A stretch of 64,000 bases of DNA from Minisyncoccia bacterium (GCA_038215155.1 JBBQRF010000002.1:50712-114711); one strand, 5' to 3'; shown: positions 46,938 to 57,075, counted from the stretch's first letter. The notes: generated by a model from the letters alone, not told the origin. Translations and numbers: made by a program.

Positions 46938-48143
46938 ATGGCAGAGACTTTTGATAGATCAAAACCTCACGTCAACGTTGGAACTATTGGTCACGTTGAC
47001 CACGGAAAGACCACTACTACCGCCGCTATTCTTCACGTCCTTGGAAATCTCGGAAAGGACAAAGGTTATAGCGCTCGAGTAGAAAATGTAGATGGTATTG
47101 ATAATGCTCCTGAAGAGAAGGCCCGAGGAATTACTATTGCCCTTCACCATTCTGAATACGAGACTCCAAACCGTCACTACGCTCACATTGACGCCCCTGG
47201 TCACGCCGATTACATCAAGAACATGATTACTGGAGCGGCTCAAATGGACGGCGCTATTCTTGTAGTAGCTGCTACCGATGGAGCTATGCCCCAAACTCGC
47301 GAGCACGTACTCTTGGCTAAACAAGTTGGAGTGCCTAAGATGATCGTTTATCTAAATAAGTGCGACATGGTAGATGATAAGGATTTGATTGACCTAGTGG
47401 AAGCAGAAATTCGAGAACTTCTTACTAAGAATGATTTCGATGGAGATAATGCTCCTGTTATCCGAGGTTCTTCTATTAAAGCCCTTGAAGCTAAAAGCAT
47501 TGATGATGAAAGTGCTAAGCCAATTGTAGATCTTATCAACGCTTTGGACACCTACATCCCAACTCCTATCAGAGAAATTGAAAAGCCTTTCCTTATGCCC
47601 GTAGAAGACATCTTCTCTATTGAAGGCCGAGGAACTGTAGTTACAGGGAGAATTGAGAGAGGAAAGGTAAAGGTAGGTGAAGAAATAGAAATCATCGGAC
47701 TTCACCCTACTACCAAGACCACTATTACTGGAATTGAAATGTTCAATAAATCTTTGGCTGAAGGTCTTGCTGGAGATAATGCTGGAATCTTACTCCGAGG
47801 TACTAAAAAGGAAGACGTACATCGTGGTCAAGTTTTAGCAAAGAGTGGTTCTGTCACTCCTCACACTGAATTTGAAGCTGAAGTCTACATTTTGAAGAAA
47901 GAAGAAGGTGGCCGACATACTCCATTCTTTACTGGATACAAACCTCAGTTCTACATTCGAACTACTGACGTAACTGGAGAAGTAACTCTAAATGAAGGAG
48001 TAGAAATGGTTATGCCGGGAGACACTGTTACTTTCAAAGTAAAATTGGTTGCACCGGTTGCTCTTGAAGAAAAACAACGCTTCGCTATTCGAGAAGGTGG
48101 AAAGACAGTGGGCGCTGGAGTAGTTACTAAGATTACCGCGTAG
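46938..48143 (+). CDS. tuf: Elongation factor Tu
   Basis: [21 protein letters not shown]. Confidence 0.98.
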   Translation: MAETFDRSKPHVNVGTIGHVDHGKTTTTAAILHVLGNLGKDKGYSARVENVDGIDNAPEEKARGITIALHHSEYETPNRHYAHIDAPGHADYIKNMITGAAQMDGAILVVAATDGAMPQTREHVLLAKQVGVPKMIVYLNKCDMVDDKDLIDLVEAEIRELLTKNDFDGDNAPVIRGSSIKALEAKSIDDESAKPIVDLINALDTYIPTPIREIEKPFLMPVEDIFSIEGRGTVVTGRIERGKVKVGEEIEIIGLHPTTKTTITGIEMFNKSLAEGLAGDNAGILLRGTKKEDVHRGQVLAKSGSVTPHTEFEAEVYILKKEEGGRHTPFFTGYKPQFYIRTTDVTGEVTLNEGVEMVMPGDTVTFKVKLVAPVALEEKQRFAIREGGKTVGAGVVTKITA

Positions 48144-48235
48144 AAGTCCATAAAGTTTTTAAAGTCCTTAAAGTTATTCTTGTCGCAAGACAAAAAACTT
48201 TAAGGACGTTGAAAACACTAAGGACCTTATAGCCT
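48144..48235. repeat. 9-nt-periodic palindrome between tuf and rpsJ
   Basis: TAAAGTYYW-type left arm, TTGTC-GCAA-GACAA apex, RACNTTAAG-type right arm. Confidence 0.85.
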
Positions 48236-48676
48236 ATGAGTGAAACAACTAAAAAAACAAAAACTACCACTTCAAAAGCGAAGACACCTCGAGCTACTAA
48301 AACAGGCGGCGCCTCTAAAGGTCGCGCCACAGCTCCCAAAACTGCGGCCGTTAAAGCGGCCGCAGAAGGTATCTCAAAATTGCGCATTCGAGTACGAGCT
48401 TACGAATCCAAAATACTTGATCAATCAGTTAAGCAAATTATGGACACCGCTCTTCGATATGACGCTACAGTTTTGGGTCCCATTCCTCTCCCAACTGAAA
48501 TTAAAAAATACACGGTGAATCGCTCCGCTTTCGTTTACAAAAACGCCAGAGAGCAGTTTGAGATGAGAGTTCATAAGCGTTTGCTTGACATAGTAAATCC
48601 TACCGCTAAAGTGGTGGAGGCCCTCACTAATTTGAGCTTACCAAGTGGAGTCAGTATTGATGTAAAAATGATTTAA
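48236..48676 (+). CDS. rpsJ: 30S ribosomal protein S10 with N-terminal Lys/Thr/Ala extension
   Basis: LRIRVRAY, GPIPLPT, AREQFEMRVHKRL. Confidence 0.96.
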   Translation: MSETTKKTKTTTSKAKTPRATKTGGASKGRATAPKTAAVKAAAEGISKLRIRVRAYESKILDQSVKQIMDTALRYDATVLGPIPLPTEIKKYTVNRSAFVYKNAREQFEMRVHKRLLDIVNPTAKVVEALTNLSLPSGVSIDVKMI

Positions 48677-48677
48677 G

Positions 48678-49295
48678 ATGAAATTTATTTTAGGAACAAA
48701 ACAGAAAATGACTCAGGTTTTTGATGAGAGTGGCAAGGTTTATCCTGTTACGGTCATTAAAACTGCAGGCATGGTTGTTTCTCAAATAAAGACTAAAGAA
48801 AAAGATGGGTATGAGGCAGTGCAAGTCGGAATGGGTGAGAGAAGAGAGAAAAGAATAAAAAAAGCCCAGAAAGGCCACCTAAAAGATTTGGGCAACCTTC
48901 GACACATTAAAGAATTTAGAATTTCCTCCGCTGAATCATCAGAAATGAAAAGAGGGGCGAAAATCACCTCGGCGATTTTCGCCCCCGGCGACAAAGTCAC
49001 AGTTTCCGCTACTTCTAAAGGAAAAGGTTTCCAGGGAGTGGTTAAGCGACACGGTTTCCATGGCGGTCCGAGAAGTCATGGTCAAAAGCACTCAGAGCGC
49101 GAGGCTGGTTCTATCGGCACCGCTGGTTACCAGCGAGTTTTTAAAGGACGCCGGATGGCCGGACGTATGGGTGGCGACCGGGTCACTGTTAAGAATCTGG
49201 AAGTTATTAACGTAGATTCTGAAAAAGAAGAAATTTTAATAAAAGGAGCCATTCCCGGCACTCGCGGCACCTTAGTAGAAATCGTGGCAAAATAA
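48678..49295 (+). CDS. rplC: 50S ribosomal protein L3
   Basis: MTQVF, SKGKGFQGVVKRH, MAGRMG. Confidence 0.97.
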   Translation: MKFILGTKQKMTQVFDESGKVYPVTVIKTAGMVVSQIKTKEKDGYEAVQVGMGERREKRIKKAQKGHLKDLGNLRHIKEFRISSAESSEMKRGAKITSAIFAPGDKVTVSATSKGKGFQGVVKRHGFHGGPRSHGQKHSEREAGSIGTAGYQRVFKGRRMAGRMGGDRVTVKNLEVINVDSEKEEILIKGAIPGTRGTLVEIVAK

Positions 49296-49296
49296 A

Positions 49297-49929
49297 ATGG
49301 AAGCAAAAATTTACAATCAACAAGGTAAAGAAGCGGGCAACATAAATTTGCCAGAAACTGTTTTCGGTTTGCCTTGGAATGCTGATCTTGTTCACCAAGT
49401 CACTACTTCCATCCAAAATAATCAACGGAACGCCTGGGCACATACTAAAGATCGAGGCGATGTATCTGGAGGAGGAAAAAAACCTTGGAAACAGAAAGGC
49501 ACCGGACGCGCCCGTCACGGCTCTACCCGTTCTCCTATTTGGGTTGGTGGAGGAGTAGCTCATGGTCCAAAAAAAGCCAAGAACTACAAGAAGAAAATCA
49601 ACAAAAAAATGCGAGCTAAAGCACTCTACACAGTTATTTCTAAAAAATTTAAGGAAGGCGAGATAATTTTTGTGGAAAATCTTAACTTTACCGTTCCAAA
49701 GACTAAAGACGCTAAAGCAGTTCTTAGCTCACTAAAAGTGAATCGCTCTGCTTACATTGCGCTTTCAAGCAAGGATGCAAACGTCAAAAAGAGTTTCAAT
49801 AATTTCGGCAATCTGATGGTAGACGAAGTTCGCAACCTTAACGTCCTTGATGTTATGAATCACAAGTTTCTAGTCATCACCAATCCCAGCGAGTCGGTGA
49901 AGTTCATAGAAAGTAAGATGCAAAAATAA
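49297..49929 (+). CDS. rplD: 50S ribosomal protein L4
   Basis: KPWKQKGTGRARHGS. Confidence 0.97.
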   Translation: MEAKIYNQQGKEAGNINLPETVFGLPWNADLVHQVTTSIQNNQRNAWAHTKDRGDVSGGGKKPWKQKGTGRARHGSTRSPIWVGGGVAHGPKKAKNYKKKINKKMRAKALYTVISKKFKEGEIIFVENLNFTVPKTKDAKAVLSSLKVNRSAYIALSSKDANVKKSFNNFGNLMVDEVRNLNVLDVMNHKFLVITNPSESVKFIESKMQK

Positions 49930-49930
49930 T

Positions 49931-50215
49931 ATGGCAAATCATTTACACAATAGTATGGCTATTCTTCGACCCCGCGTTACTGAAAAGGCGAGCTTAGTTA
50001 ATAGTGCCAATGTCTATACTTTTGAAATTGCTGAAACGGCTACTAAAAAAGATGTCTCTCGAGAGATTAGGGATGTTTACAAGGTCAATCCTATTGCTGT
50101 TAATATTGCCCGCACTCCAAGAAAAACTGTCACCCAGAAAGGTATTAAGGGCCGTACAAAAGGGGTTAAGAAAGCTTATGTTTATTTAAAAGCAGGAGAT
50201 CGTATTGAAATTTAA
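49931..50215 (+). CDS. rplW: 50S ribosomal protein L23
   Basis: [15 protein letters not shown]. Confidence 0.95.
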   Translation: MANHLHNSMAILRPRVTEKASLVNSANVYTFEIAETATKKDVSREIRDVYKVNPIAVNIARTPRKTVTQKGIKGRTKGVKKAYVYLKAGDRIEI

Positions 50216-50217
50216 TC

Positions 50218-51060
50218 ATGAAGTCCTACAAACCCACATCCCCATCACGCCGACAAATGAGCCACGTTAGCTATCGTGGAGTTTTTAACGCTACGGAGCC
50301 AGAGAAGTCTTTAACCAAAGGCTTTAAGCGCGCAGTGGGAAGAAACAATCAAGGCCGCATCACTACTCGACACAAAGGATCTGGTCACAAGCGACTTTAT
50401 CGCGAAGTGGATTTTACTTTTAATAAAAAAGATATTCCAGCTAAAATCACTACCATTGAATACGATCCTAACCGTTCCGGATTTATCTCTCTTTTAGTTT
50501 ATGCTGATGGTGAAAAGCGTTACACTCTCTTACCCAAGTCATTAAAAGTAGGAGACACTATTTTAATCTCTGAAAAAGCCGAAGTAAAAGCAGGGAATCG
50601 CTTGCCACTACGAAATATTCCTGTCGGAACTTTTATTTACAATGTAGAAGTAAAGCCAGGTTCGGGCGCCGTCCTTTCTCGAGCTGCTGGCAACTATGCT
50701 GAAGTAATTGCTCAAGACGAAGGATATTCTCAGGTGAAATTACCATCCACCGAAGTACGAAAAATTAAAGACAGCGCCTGGGCTTCTATCGGAGAAGTTT
50801 CTAATGATGAAAATCGGCTGCAAAATTTCGGCAAGGCAGGGCGTTCTCGTTGGAAAGGTATTCGACCAACCGTTCGAGGAACCGCTATGAACCCCGTTGA
50901 TCACCCACACGGAGGAGGAGAAGGAAAGCAAGGCCGAGGAACTCGCCGAGCTAAAAGTATTTACGGTAAGCCAACTGGAAAAGGCCAGAAATCCCGCCGG
51001 GCTAAAAAATACTCAAATCGCATGATTGTCTCCCGCCGAAAAGTAGGAAAGAAGCGGTAA
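50218..51060 (+). CDS. rplB: 50S ribosomal protein L2
   Basis: [29 protein letters not shown]. Confidence 0.98.
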   Translation: MKSYKPTSPSRRQMSHVSYRGVFNATEPEKSLTKGFKRAVGRNNQGRITTRHKGSGHKRLYREVDFTFNKKDIPAKITTIEYDPNRSGFISLLVYADGEKRYTLLPKSLKVGDTILISEKAEVKAGNRLPLRNIPVGTFIYNVEVKPGSGAVLSRAAGNYAEVIAQDEGYSQVKLPSTEVRKIKDSAWASIGEVSNDENRLQNFGKAGRSRWKGIRPTVRGTAMNPVDHPHGGGEGKQGRGTRRAKSIYGKPTGKGQKSRRAKKYSNRMIVSRRKVGKKR

Positions 51061-51074
51061 TTCAGCATTTTAAT

Positions 51075-51102
51075 TTGACAGCATCTCCCTTTCTGCTAGT
51101 AT
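51075..51102 (+). promoter_or_regulatory. Internal promoter before rpsS
   Basis: TTGACA-N16-TAGTAT with TGn; hairpin GCCGCC/GGCGGC downstream. Confidence 0.6.
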
Positions 51103-51149
51103 GTTTTAAGCCGCCAGGGGCGGCATTTTCAGTCAAAAAATAAGATTAA

Positions 51150-51509
51150 ATGACACGATCACTCAAAAAAGGTCCATTTGTGGACGCCAAATTATTAAAG
51201 AAGATTAGTGGAAAAAAGCCAGGAGAATCGGCGGTTGTTAAAACTTGGGCACGCCGCAGCGATATTAGTCCAGAAATGATCGGCTTTACTTTTGGAGTTC
51301 ACAATGGAAAGCAGCATTTAGAAGTCTTTGTTACAGAAGAAATGGTTGGCCACAAGCTAGGGGAATTTTCTCCTACTAAGAAATTCTTAAGACACGGAGG
51401 AAAGATGCAGAAGGAACAGGAGGCTGCCGCAAAAGAGGCGGAAATTAATGCCGCTAAGTCAGCACGCGCGGCGGCGGACGGCGCCACAAATAAGGCCCCC
51501 GCTAAATAA
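51150..51509 (+). CDS. rpsS: 30S ribosomal protein S19 with C-terminal Ala-rich extension
   Basis: [20 protein letters not shown]. Confidence 0.97.
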   Translation: MTRSLKKGPFVDAKLLKKISGKKPGESAVVKTWARRSDISPEMIGFTFGVHNGKQHLEVFVTEEMVGHKLGEFSPTKKFLRHGGKMQKEQEAAAKEAEINAAKSARAAADGATNKAPAK

Positions 51510-51518
51510 TTTTTATAT

Positions 51519-51842
51519 ATGAAAGCAGCCCTTAAAACTTACAGACAATCACCTCGAAAAGTCCGCCTCGTTGCAGACTTGATTAGAGGCAAGAAAACCA
51601 GCGACGCGCTGGTGACTTTGCAGTTTGCCAATAAGAGAGCGGCGGTAGAACTGACTAAATTACTGAAAAGTGCAATCGCTAACGCTAAAAATCTAGACGC
51701 AGATGAAAGCAAGCTCTACATCAAGGAAATTCAAGTAAATAAAGGCGTTACTTTGAAACGTATAATGCCTCGCGCTCGTGGTTCTGCCTCTGCTATTAAT
51801 AAGCGCACCAGCCACGTTACCATTTCACTAGCAACTAAATAA
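51519..51842 (+). CDS. rplV: 50S ribosomal protein L22
   Basis: SPRKVRLVADLIRG, PRARG. Confidence 0.97.
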   Translation: MKAALKTYRQSPRKVRLVADLIRGKKTSDALVTLQFANKRAAVELTKLLKSAIANAKNLDADESKLYIKEIQVNKGVTLKRIMPRARGSASAINKRTSHVTISLATK

Positions 51843-51843
51843 C

Positions 51844-52518
51844 ATGTCACACACAGTTCATCCATATTCACATCGTTTAGGCATAATTAGAGACTGGAAA
51901 TCTCGATGGTTTGGAGTGAATAAGCAATACAGGGATTTTTTGCGTTGCGATATTTTAATTCGAGAATGGCTTGAAAAGAAAATGCGAGGACTTTATGTTA
52001 GCGCAATTGAAATGGAGCGTAATCAAAAAAATCTTAGAATAATTATTAAAAGCTCTCGTCCAGGTATGATCATTGGCCGAAGTGGGGAGGGTGCCACAAA
52101 ACTCCGCAACGATATTTCCAAGCAGATGCGCAAGCTCGGCATTGCACTGACGAACGAAGAACTAAAAATCGACATTGAAGAAATTCGCTCTCCTGAATCT
52201 AATGCTGCAATTCTTGCTCAGATGATTGCGGAAAGTTTGGAAAAGCGGCTACCTTTCCGACGGGTAATGAAGCAGATGGTAGAAAAAGCCATGGCTAATC
52301 GCGATGTTTTAGGTGTTAAGATTCTCCTTTCGGGTCGTCTCGGCGGCGCCGACATGTCTCGAAAAGAGGAGCTTAAGAGAGGGCGTATTCCCCTTCAAAC
52401 CTTCCGCGCCGACATCGATTTCGTTAGATACGAAGCCCATATGCCTTACGGCAATATCGGTATCAAAGTCTGGATTTATAGGGGCGAGATTTTTGAAAAA
52501 GATAAGAAAACTACCTAA
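51844..52518 (+). CDS. rpsC: 30S ribosomal protein S3
   Basis: RPGMIIGR, GRLGGA, PLQTFRADID. Confidence 0.97.
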   Translation: MSHTVHPYSHRLGIIRDWKSRWFGVNKQYRDFLRCDILIREWLEKKMRGLYVSAIEMERNQKNLRIIIKSSRPGMIIGRSGEGATKLRNDISKQMRKLGIALTNEELKIDIEEIRSPESNAAILAQMIAESLEKRLPFRRVMKQMVEKAMANRDVLGVKILLSGRLGGADMSRKEELKRGRIPLQTFRADIDFVRYEAHMPYGNIGIKVWIYRGEIFEKDKKTT

Positions 52519-52523
52519 TTACC

Positions 52524-52943
52524 ATGCTATATCCTAAAAAAGTAAAACATCGAAAATGGCAAACTGGCCGAGTTAATTCCAAAAAGACGGTAGTGGAAAC
52601 GCGCGGCATCACTCTTTCCTTTGGATCATTTGGCTTAAAAGCTACATCTGCATCCCGAGTGCGCTCTAATCAAATTGAATCAGCCCGCAAGGTCTTGGCT
52701 CGTTCCGTAAGCAAGGTAGGGAAGATTTGGATTCGCATATTTCCCGACCGACCATATACTGCTAAACCAGCAGAGGTGGGAATGGGAAAGGGTAAAGGGG
52801 ATCTCCAGGGCTATGAATTCCAAGTTTGGCCTGGACGCATTTTATTTGAAATTGACGGGGTGGAAGAAAGTGTTGCCCGAGAGGCATTACGAAAGGCTGC
52901 TACAAAATTACCGGTTAAGACAAGAATTGTTAGTCGGGTATAA
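52524..52943 (+). CDS. rplP: 50S ribosomal protein L16
   Basis: WIRIFPD, MGKGKG. Confidence 0.97.
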   Translation: MLYPKKVKHRKWQTGRVNSKKTVVETRGITLSFGSFGLKATSASRVRSNQIESARKVLARSVSKVGKIWIRIFPDRPYTAKPAEVGMGKGKGDLQGYEFQVWPGRILFEIDGVEESVAREALRKAATKLPVKTRIVSRV

Positions 52944-52957
52944 AAACCATAGTTAAA

Positions 52958-53161
52958 ATGAAGAAAAATAATTACAAAGGAAAAGCAGGATCGGAATTAT
53001 CCAAAACTCTCAAAGAAAAAAGAGAGGCCTTAAAGAAATTTCGCTTTAGTCTGGCTGGTACATCAGTGAAGAATGTAAAGGAAGGCCGAGCGGTGCGAAA
53101 GGACATTGCTAGAATCTTAACTGAATTAAATACACAAAAATCTAAAAGTTTGAAAGTTTAA
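52958..53161 (+). CDS. rpmC: 50S ribosomal protein L29
   Basis: RKDIARILT and operon position. Confidence 0.92.
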   Translation: MKKNNYKGKAGSELSKTLKEKREALKKFRFSLAGTSVKNVKEGRAVRKDIARILTELNTQKSKSLKV

Positions 53162-53168
53162 AATCATC

Positions 53169-53429
53169 ATGAACACCCCAACCTCAGAAACAAATAAGTC
53201 TACTAAGCGTAAAATCCTTTCGGGGATAGTTATGTCTGACAAAATGAAGGATACAATCGTGGTAAAGGTAGAGCGATATGTAAAGCATCCAAAATATGGT
53301 AAGTATATTAAGCACGCCAAACGATATAAGGCACATGATGCGGGTAATCTTCATAAGATTGGCGAAAAAGTGGACATTGAGGAATGTAAGCCTATTTCTA
53401 AAGATAAACATTTTAAAGTAATTAATTAA
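53169..53429 (+). CDS. rpsQ: 30S ribosomal protein S17
   Basis: SDKMKDTIVV, HPKYGK, CKPISK. Confidence 0.96.
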   Translation: MNTPTSETNKSTKRKILSGIVMSDKMKDTIVVKVERYVKHPKYGKYIKHAKRYKAHDAGNLHKIGEKVDIEECKPISKDKHFKVIN

Positions 53430-53430
53430 T

Positions 53431-53802
53431 ATGATTCAGCCACGATCCATCGTAAATATTGTTGATAATTCTGGAGCCAAAATCGGCCGTATTTTCAAAG
53501 TACTTGGATCATCAAAAAAGCGTTACGCTGAAATAGGCGAACAGGTAGTTCTTTCTGTTCAAAAAGCTGAGCCGCGCAAGCAAGTAAAGAAAAAAGATGT
53601 ATTACAGGCAGTAGTAGTGCGACAGAAAAAGGCCTTTCGTCGCAAGGACGGTTCATATATTCGCTTCGATGAAAACGCCGTAGTAATTTTAGAGAAAGGA
53701 AAGAAAGAGCCCATTGCCGGTCGTGTATTCGGGCCCATCCCTCGAGAAATTTCCGAATTTGGTTATCAGACCATTGCTTCACGAGCGCCGGAGATAGTAT
53801 AA
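53431..53802 (+). CDS. rplN: 50S ribosomal protein L14
   Basis: DNSGAK, IRFDENA, FGPIPRE. Confidence 0.97.
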   Translation: MIQPRSIVNIVDNSGAKIGRIFKVLGSSKKRYAEIGEQVVLSVQKAEPRKQVKKKDVLQAVVVRQKKAFRRKDGSYIRFDENAVVILEKGKKEPIAGRVFGPIPREISEFGYQTIASRAPEIV

Positions 53803-53909
53803 ATAATCCATAATGTCTCTAAAGTCCATAATGTCCATAAAGTCGAAGACTTTCCATCAGGTGACCTTACAGACTTTAAAGACCTTAGGGACGTTAAAGA
53901 CTAAATAAT
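53803..53909. repeat. 9-nt-periodic palindrome between rplN and rplX
   Basis: TAATGTCTC TAAAGTCCA TAATGTCCA TAAAGTC ... GACCTTACA GACTTTAAA GACCTTAGG GACGTTAAA. Confidence 0.85.
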
Positions 53910-54212
53910 ATGAAATTAAAGAAAGGAGACAACGTAATAGTGATCACAGGTAAAGATAAGGGCAAAACTGGTAAGATTGCCCGGGCTTTTCCGGCTAAGA
54001 ATTCAGTGCTTATTCAGGGAATAAACATTAAGAAGCGAAGCCAGAAAGCTAAACAAGCCAATCAAAAGGGGCAGATTATTGAAATATCTTCTCCTGTTCA
54101 CATCTCAAACGTCATGATTGTAGATGACAGTGGAAAACGCGGCCGAATAGGGAAAAAGTTGGTCGGAGGCGAATACGTACGCATTCATAAGAAGTCAGGG
54201 AAGACCCTATAG
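53910..54212 (+). CDS. rplX: 50S ribosomal protein L24
   Basis: KKGDNVIVITGKDKGK, VHISNV. Confidence 0.97.
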   Translation: MKLKKGDNVIVITGKDKGKTGKIARAFPAKNSVLIQGINIKKRSQKAKQANQKGQIIEISSPVHISNVMIVDDSGKRGRIGKKLVGGEYVRIHKKSGKTL

Positions 54213-54239
54213 TTTTAGAGGGATTCTCAGAAGAAAAAT

Positions 54240-54776
54240 ATGACAACCATTAAAGAAAAACAAAATAAAATCTTTGAAACCCTTAAAGGGGAGTTTAAAT
54301 ATAAGAATCGCATGCAGGCGCCAAAAATAATGAAAGTGGTGCTAAGTTCGGCTACTGGCTCTATTAAAGATCCGAAGAAGAAGGAATTAATTGCTGATAG
54401 AATTACTAAAATTTCTGGCCAGAAGGTTTCTCCTCGAGCGGCCAAGAAATCTGTTGCCACTTTTAAAATTCGCGAAGGTGACGAGATTGGTTTCCAAGTA
54501 ACACTACGAGGTGAGAGGATGTACGATTTTCTAGAGAAGTTAGTAAATGTAGCATTACCTCGTACTCGAGACTTCCGAGGCATTAAACTCTCCGCTCTCG
54601 ACGAGATTGGCAATTATACCGTCGGTATTAAAGAGCACAGCATTTTTCCTGAGACTTCTGACGAGGAATTGAAAGATGTTTTTGGTTTGGCAGTCACACT
54701 AGTCACTAACTCTAAAGACCGAAATCAGACCCAAAAGATGATGGAAAATTTAGGTTTCGTCTTTAAAAAAGCTTAA
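54240..54776 (+). CDS. rplE: 50S ribosomal protein L5
   Basis: FKIREG, VTLRG, LPRTRDFRG. Confidence 0.97.
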   Translation: MTTIKEKQNKIFETLKGEFKYKNRMQAPKIMKVVLSSATGSIKDPKKKELIADRITKISGQKVSPRAAKKSVATFKIREGDEIGFQVTLRGERMYDFLEKLVNVALPRTRDFRGIKLSALDEIGNYTVGIKEHSIFPETSDEELKDVFGLAVTLVTNSKDRNQTQKMMENLGFVFKKA

Positions 54777-54777
54777 T

Positions 54778-54805
54778 TTGACTTCTATTTCTCCTCTGAT
54801 AATAT
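54778..54805 (+). promoter_or_regulatory. Internal promoter before rpsZ
   Basis: TTGACT-N16-TAATAT with TGn. Confidence 0.55.
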
Positions 54806-54849
54806 GAATCGAAGCTCGATTTGAGCTATTTTTTATCCATTTTTTAATT

Positions 54850-55035
54850 ATGGCCAAAACTTCTGTAAAAGCTCGGGCGGCTCGACCGCCAAAATTCCAA
54901 AGCCGAGTAGTTCGTCGTTGTTTTCGCTGTGGTCGGAAGAATGGCTATATGAGGGACTTTGCCCTCTGCCGAATTTGTTTCCGTGAAGCGGCTAATGACG
55001 GCAAAATTCCTGGTATTAAGAAATCGTCCTGGTAA
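54850..55035 (+). CDS. rpsZ: 30S ribosomal protein S14, zinc-binding type Z
   Basis: CFRCGR...LCRICFRE...KKSSW, 61 aa. Confidence 0.95.
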   Translation: MAKTSVKARAARPPKFQSRVVRRCFRCGRKNGYMRDFALCRICFREAANDGKIPGIKKSSW

Positions 55036-55054
55036 TCATAATATCCTAAGCAAA

Positions 55055-55447
55055 ATGAAAGACCCTATCGCAGACCTAATCATTAAAATAAAGAACGCTA
55101 ACATGGCTGGCCATGAAACTGTTACTGTTCCTTATTCAAAAATGAAAGTGGCTGTTCTGGAAGTACTGGAGAAAGAAGGGTATGTGCAGGGCTTAAGCAA
55201 AAAGGGAAAAAAGATCACTAAATTCATCGAAGTCGGTCTAGTTTACGAAGACGATAAAAAACCACGCATTAGCGGAGTAGAAAGAGTTTCTAAATTTTCC
55301 AAGCGCGTCTACCAAAAAGCTAAAGAAATTCGACCGGTTCGATCAAGCTTCGGCACACTAGTGCTAACAACTCCTAAAGGAATTCTGACCGATAAAGAAG
55401 CTCGGAAAGAAAAGGTCGGAGGCGAAGCATTGTTTAAGATATGGTAA
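55055..55447 (+). CDS. rpsH: 30S ribosomal protein S8
   Basis: MKDPIAD, LTTPKG, VGGE; true start is ATG 55055. Confidence 0.96.
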   Translation: MKDPIADLIIKIKNANMAGHETVTVPYSKMKVAVLEVLEKEGYVQGLSKKGKKITKFIEVGLVYEDDKKPRISGVERVSKFSKRVYQKAKEIRPVRSSFGTLVLTTPKGILTDKEARKEKVGGEALFKIW

Positions 55448-55530
55448 GAAGTTTATAAAAGTTATAAGGTTCATAAAGTTCGTAAAGCAAACACTTTATA
55501 AACTTTAAAAACTTTAAGAACTTTTACCTA
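55448..55530. repeat. 9-nt-periodic palindrome between rpsH and rplF
   Basis: TAAAAGTTA TAAGGTTCA TAAAGTTCG TAAAG ... ACTTTATA AACTTTAAA AACTTTAAG AACTTTTA. Confidence 0.85.
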
Positions 55531-55536
55531 AAATAC

Positions 55537-56070
55537 ATGTCACGAGTCGGCAAACAAACCATTACCATTCCCGCAAACACTGAAGTAAAACTATCTTCAG
55601 GCGTCCTTGATATTAAAGGCCCAAAGGGTGTGCTTTCAAAGAAATTCACTGATGTGGTGAACATTAAGATAGATGGTCAAAATATCACCTTGGTACCCAC
55701 ATCCGAGAATTTGGAAACTCAAGCGCTCTGGGGAACTTATGCCTCTCACATTATTAACATGATTGAGGGAGTAAATAATCCTTACGTAAAGAAATTAATT
55801 ATTGAAGGGATTGGTTACAAAGCGGAAGTTTCTGGAACCAATTTAGTTTTGAATATTGGATTATCTCATCAGGTTAAAGTAGAAATTCCTGCTGAAATAA
55901 AAGTATTGGTAGAAAAAAATGTTGTTACTATTACCGGCGCTGATAAAGAAACGGTAGGACAATTTGCTTCTCAAATTCGAGCGCTTAAGAAACCAGAACC
56001 ATACAAAGGAAAAGGTATTCGATATGAAAAAGAAATAGTTCGTCGCAAGCAAGGAAAGAAATCTGTATAG
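55537..56070 (+). CDS. rplF: 50S ribosomal protein L6
   Basis: [17 protein letters not shown]. Confidence 0.97.
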   Translation: MSRVGKQTITIPANTEVKLSSGVLDIKGPKGVLSKKFTDVVNIKIDGQNITLVPTSENLETQALWGTYASHIINMIEGVNNPYVKKLIIEGIGYKAEVSGTNLVLNIGLSHQVKVEIPAEIKVLVEKNVVTITGADKETVGQFASQIRALKKPEPYKGKGIRYEKEIVRRKQGKKSV

Positions 56071-56083
56071 CAATCTGTCTAAA

Positions 56084-56425
56084 ATGAATACCAAAATTGA
56101 ACAAAGGAATAGACGACGCAAAAGAATCCGATCTAAGGTTTCAGGATCAATGAGTATGCCTCGACTTTCGGTTTTCAAATCAAACAAATACATTTACGCC
56201 CAGCTTATTGATGACGAAAATGGTAAAACTCTCGCCTCTTTTTCTTCGGCAAAAATTAAAGTAAAAGGAAAGATTGAGCAAGCTAAAAAAGTTGGCGAAG
56301 AGTTAGCCAAAGTAGCACAGGAAAAAAATATTAAGACTGCAGTATTTGATCGAGGAGGTTTTATCTATACCGGTCGGGTAAAGGCTTTAGCGGAAGGGGC
56401 ACGGGAAGGGGGGCTGAAATTTTAG
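56084..56425 (+). CDS. rplR: 50S ribosomal protein L18
   Basis: [23 protein letters not shown]. Confidence 0.97.
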   Translation: MNTKIEQRNRRRKRIRSKVSGSMSMPRLSVFKSNKYIYAQLIDDENGKTLASFSSAKIKVKGKIEQAKKVGEELAKVAQEKNIKTAVFDRGGFIYTGRVKALAEGAREGGLKF

Positions 56426-56460
56426 TAAGAAGATAATCATCAGTTTACGAAGATAATAAT

Positions 56461-57075
56461 ATGGATGAAGAAAATAAAAATTTAAATAACGAAGGAACTG
56501 TAGAAGAAGCGGCCGGAGCCGCCGTTCCGGCGGCTCCGGCTCAAGTTCCTTCACAAGGAGATCGTCCACAACGAGGGTCTTTTCGTAATGCTCGCACAAA
56601 AAACGAACGAAAACCTCGCCGTGAGCCCCGTGCTAAACCAGAATTCGATCAACGAATCATTGCTATCCGCCGAGTAACTCGAGTGGCTGCTGGAGGTCGC
56701 CGCTTCAGTTTCAGCGTGGCACTAGTAGCTGGTAATCGAAAGGGCCAAGTGGGGGTTGGAACCGGTAAAGCCGGCGATACATCTTTAGCAATCGAGAAAG
56801 CTTTGAAAAATGCCAAGAAGAATATGATTACAGTAAGAACAACTAGCGACATGTCTATTGCGCATGAAATTAAGGCCAAATTCTCAAGTGCTCGGGTGGA
56901 AATTTTCCCTGCCAAAGGGCGTGGAATTGCCGCGGGAAGTTCCGTTCGGGACGTCATTGATCTAGCTGGTATTAAAGATGTTACCGCCAAGCTTCACTCT
57001 GGAACTAAGAATAAACTCAATAACGCCAGGGCCGCTATCAAAGCTCTGTCGAGTCTTAAAGTGGTCAAGTCCTAA
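56461..57075 (+). CDS. rpsE: 30S ribosomal protein S5
   Basis: RVTRVAAGGRRFSF, G.GKA. Confidence 0.96.
   Translation: MDEENKNLNNEGTVEEAAGAAVPAAPAQVPSQGDRPQRGSFRNARTKNERKPRREPRAKPEFDQRIIAIRRVTRVAAGGRRFSFSVALVAGNRKGQVGVGTGKAGDTSLAIEKALKNAKKNMITVRTTSDMSIAHEIKAKFSSARVEIFPAKGRGIAAGSSVRDVIDLAGIKDVTAKLHSGTKNKLNNARAAIKALSSLKVVKS

Noticed and set aside
54959-55054. N-terminal extension of S8 overlapping rpsZ
   Set aside because: The conserved S8 start MKDPIAD is at 55055.
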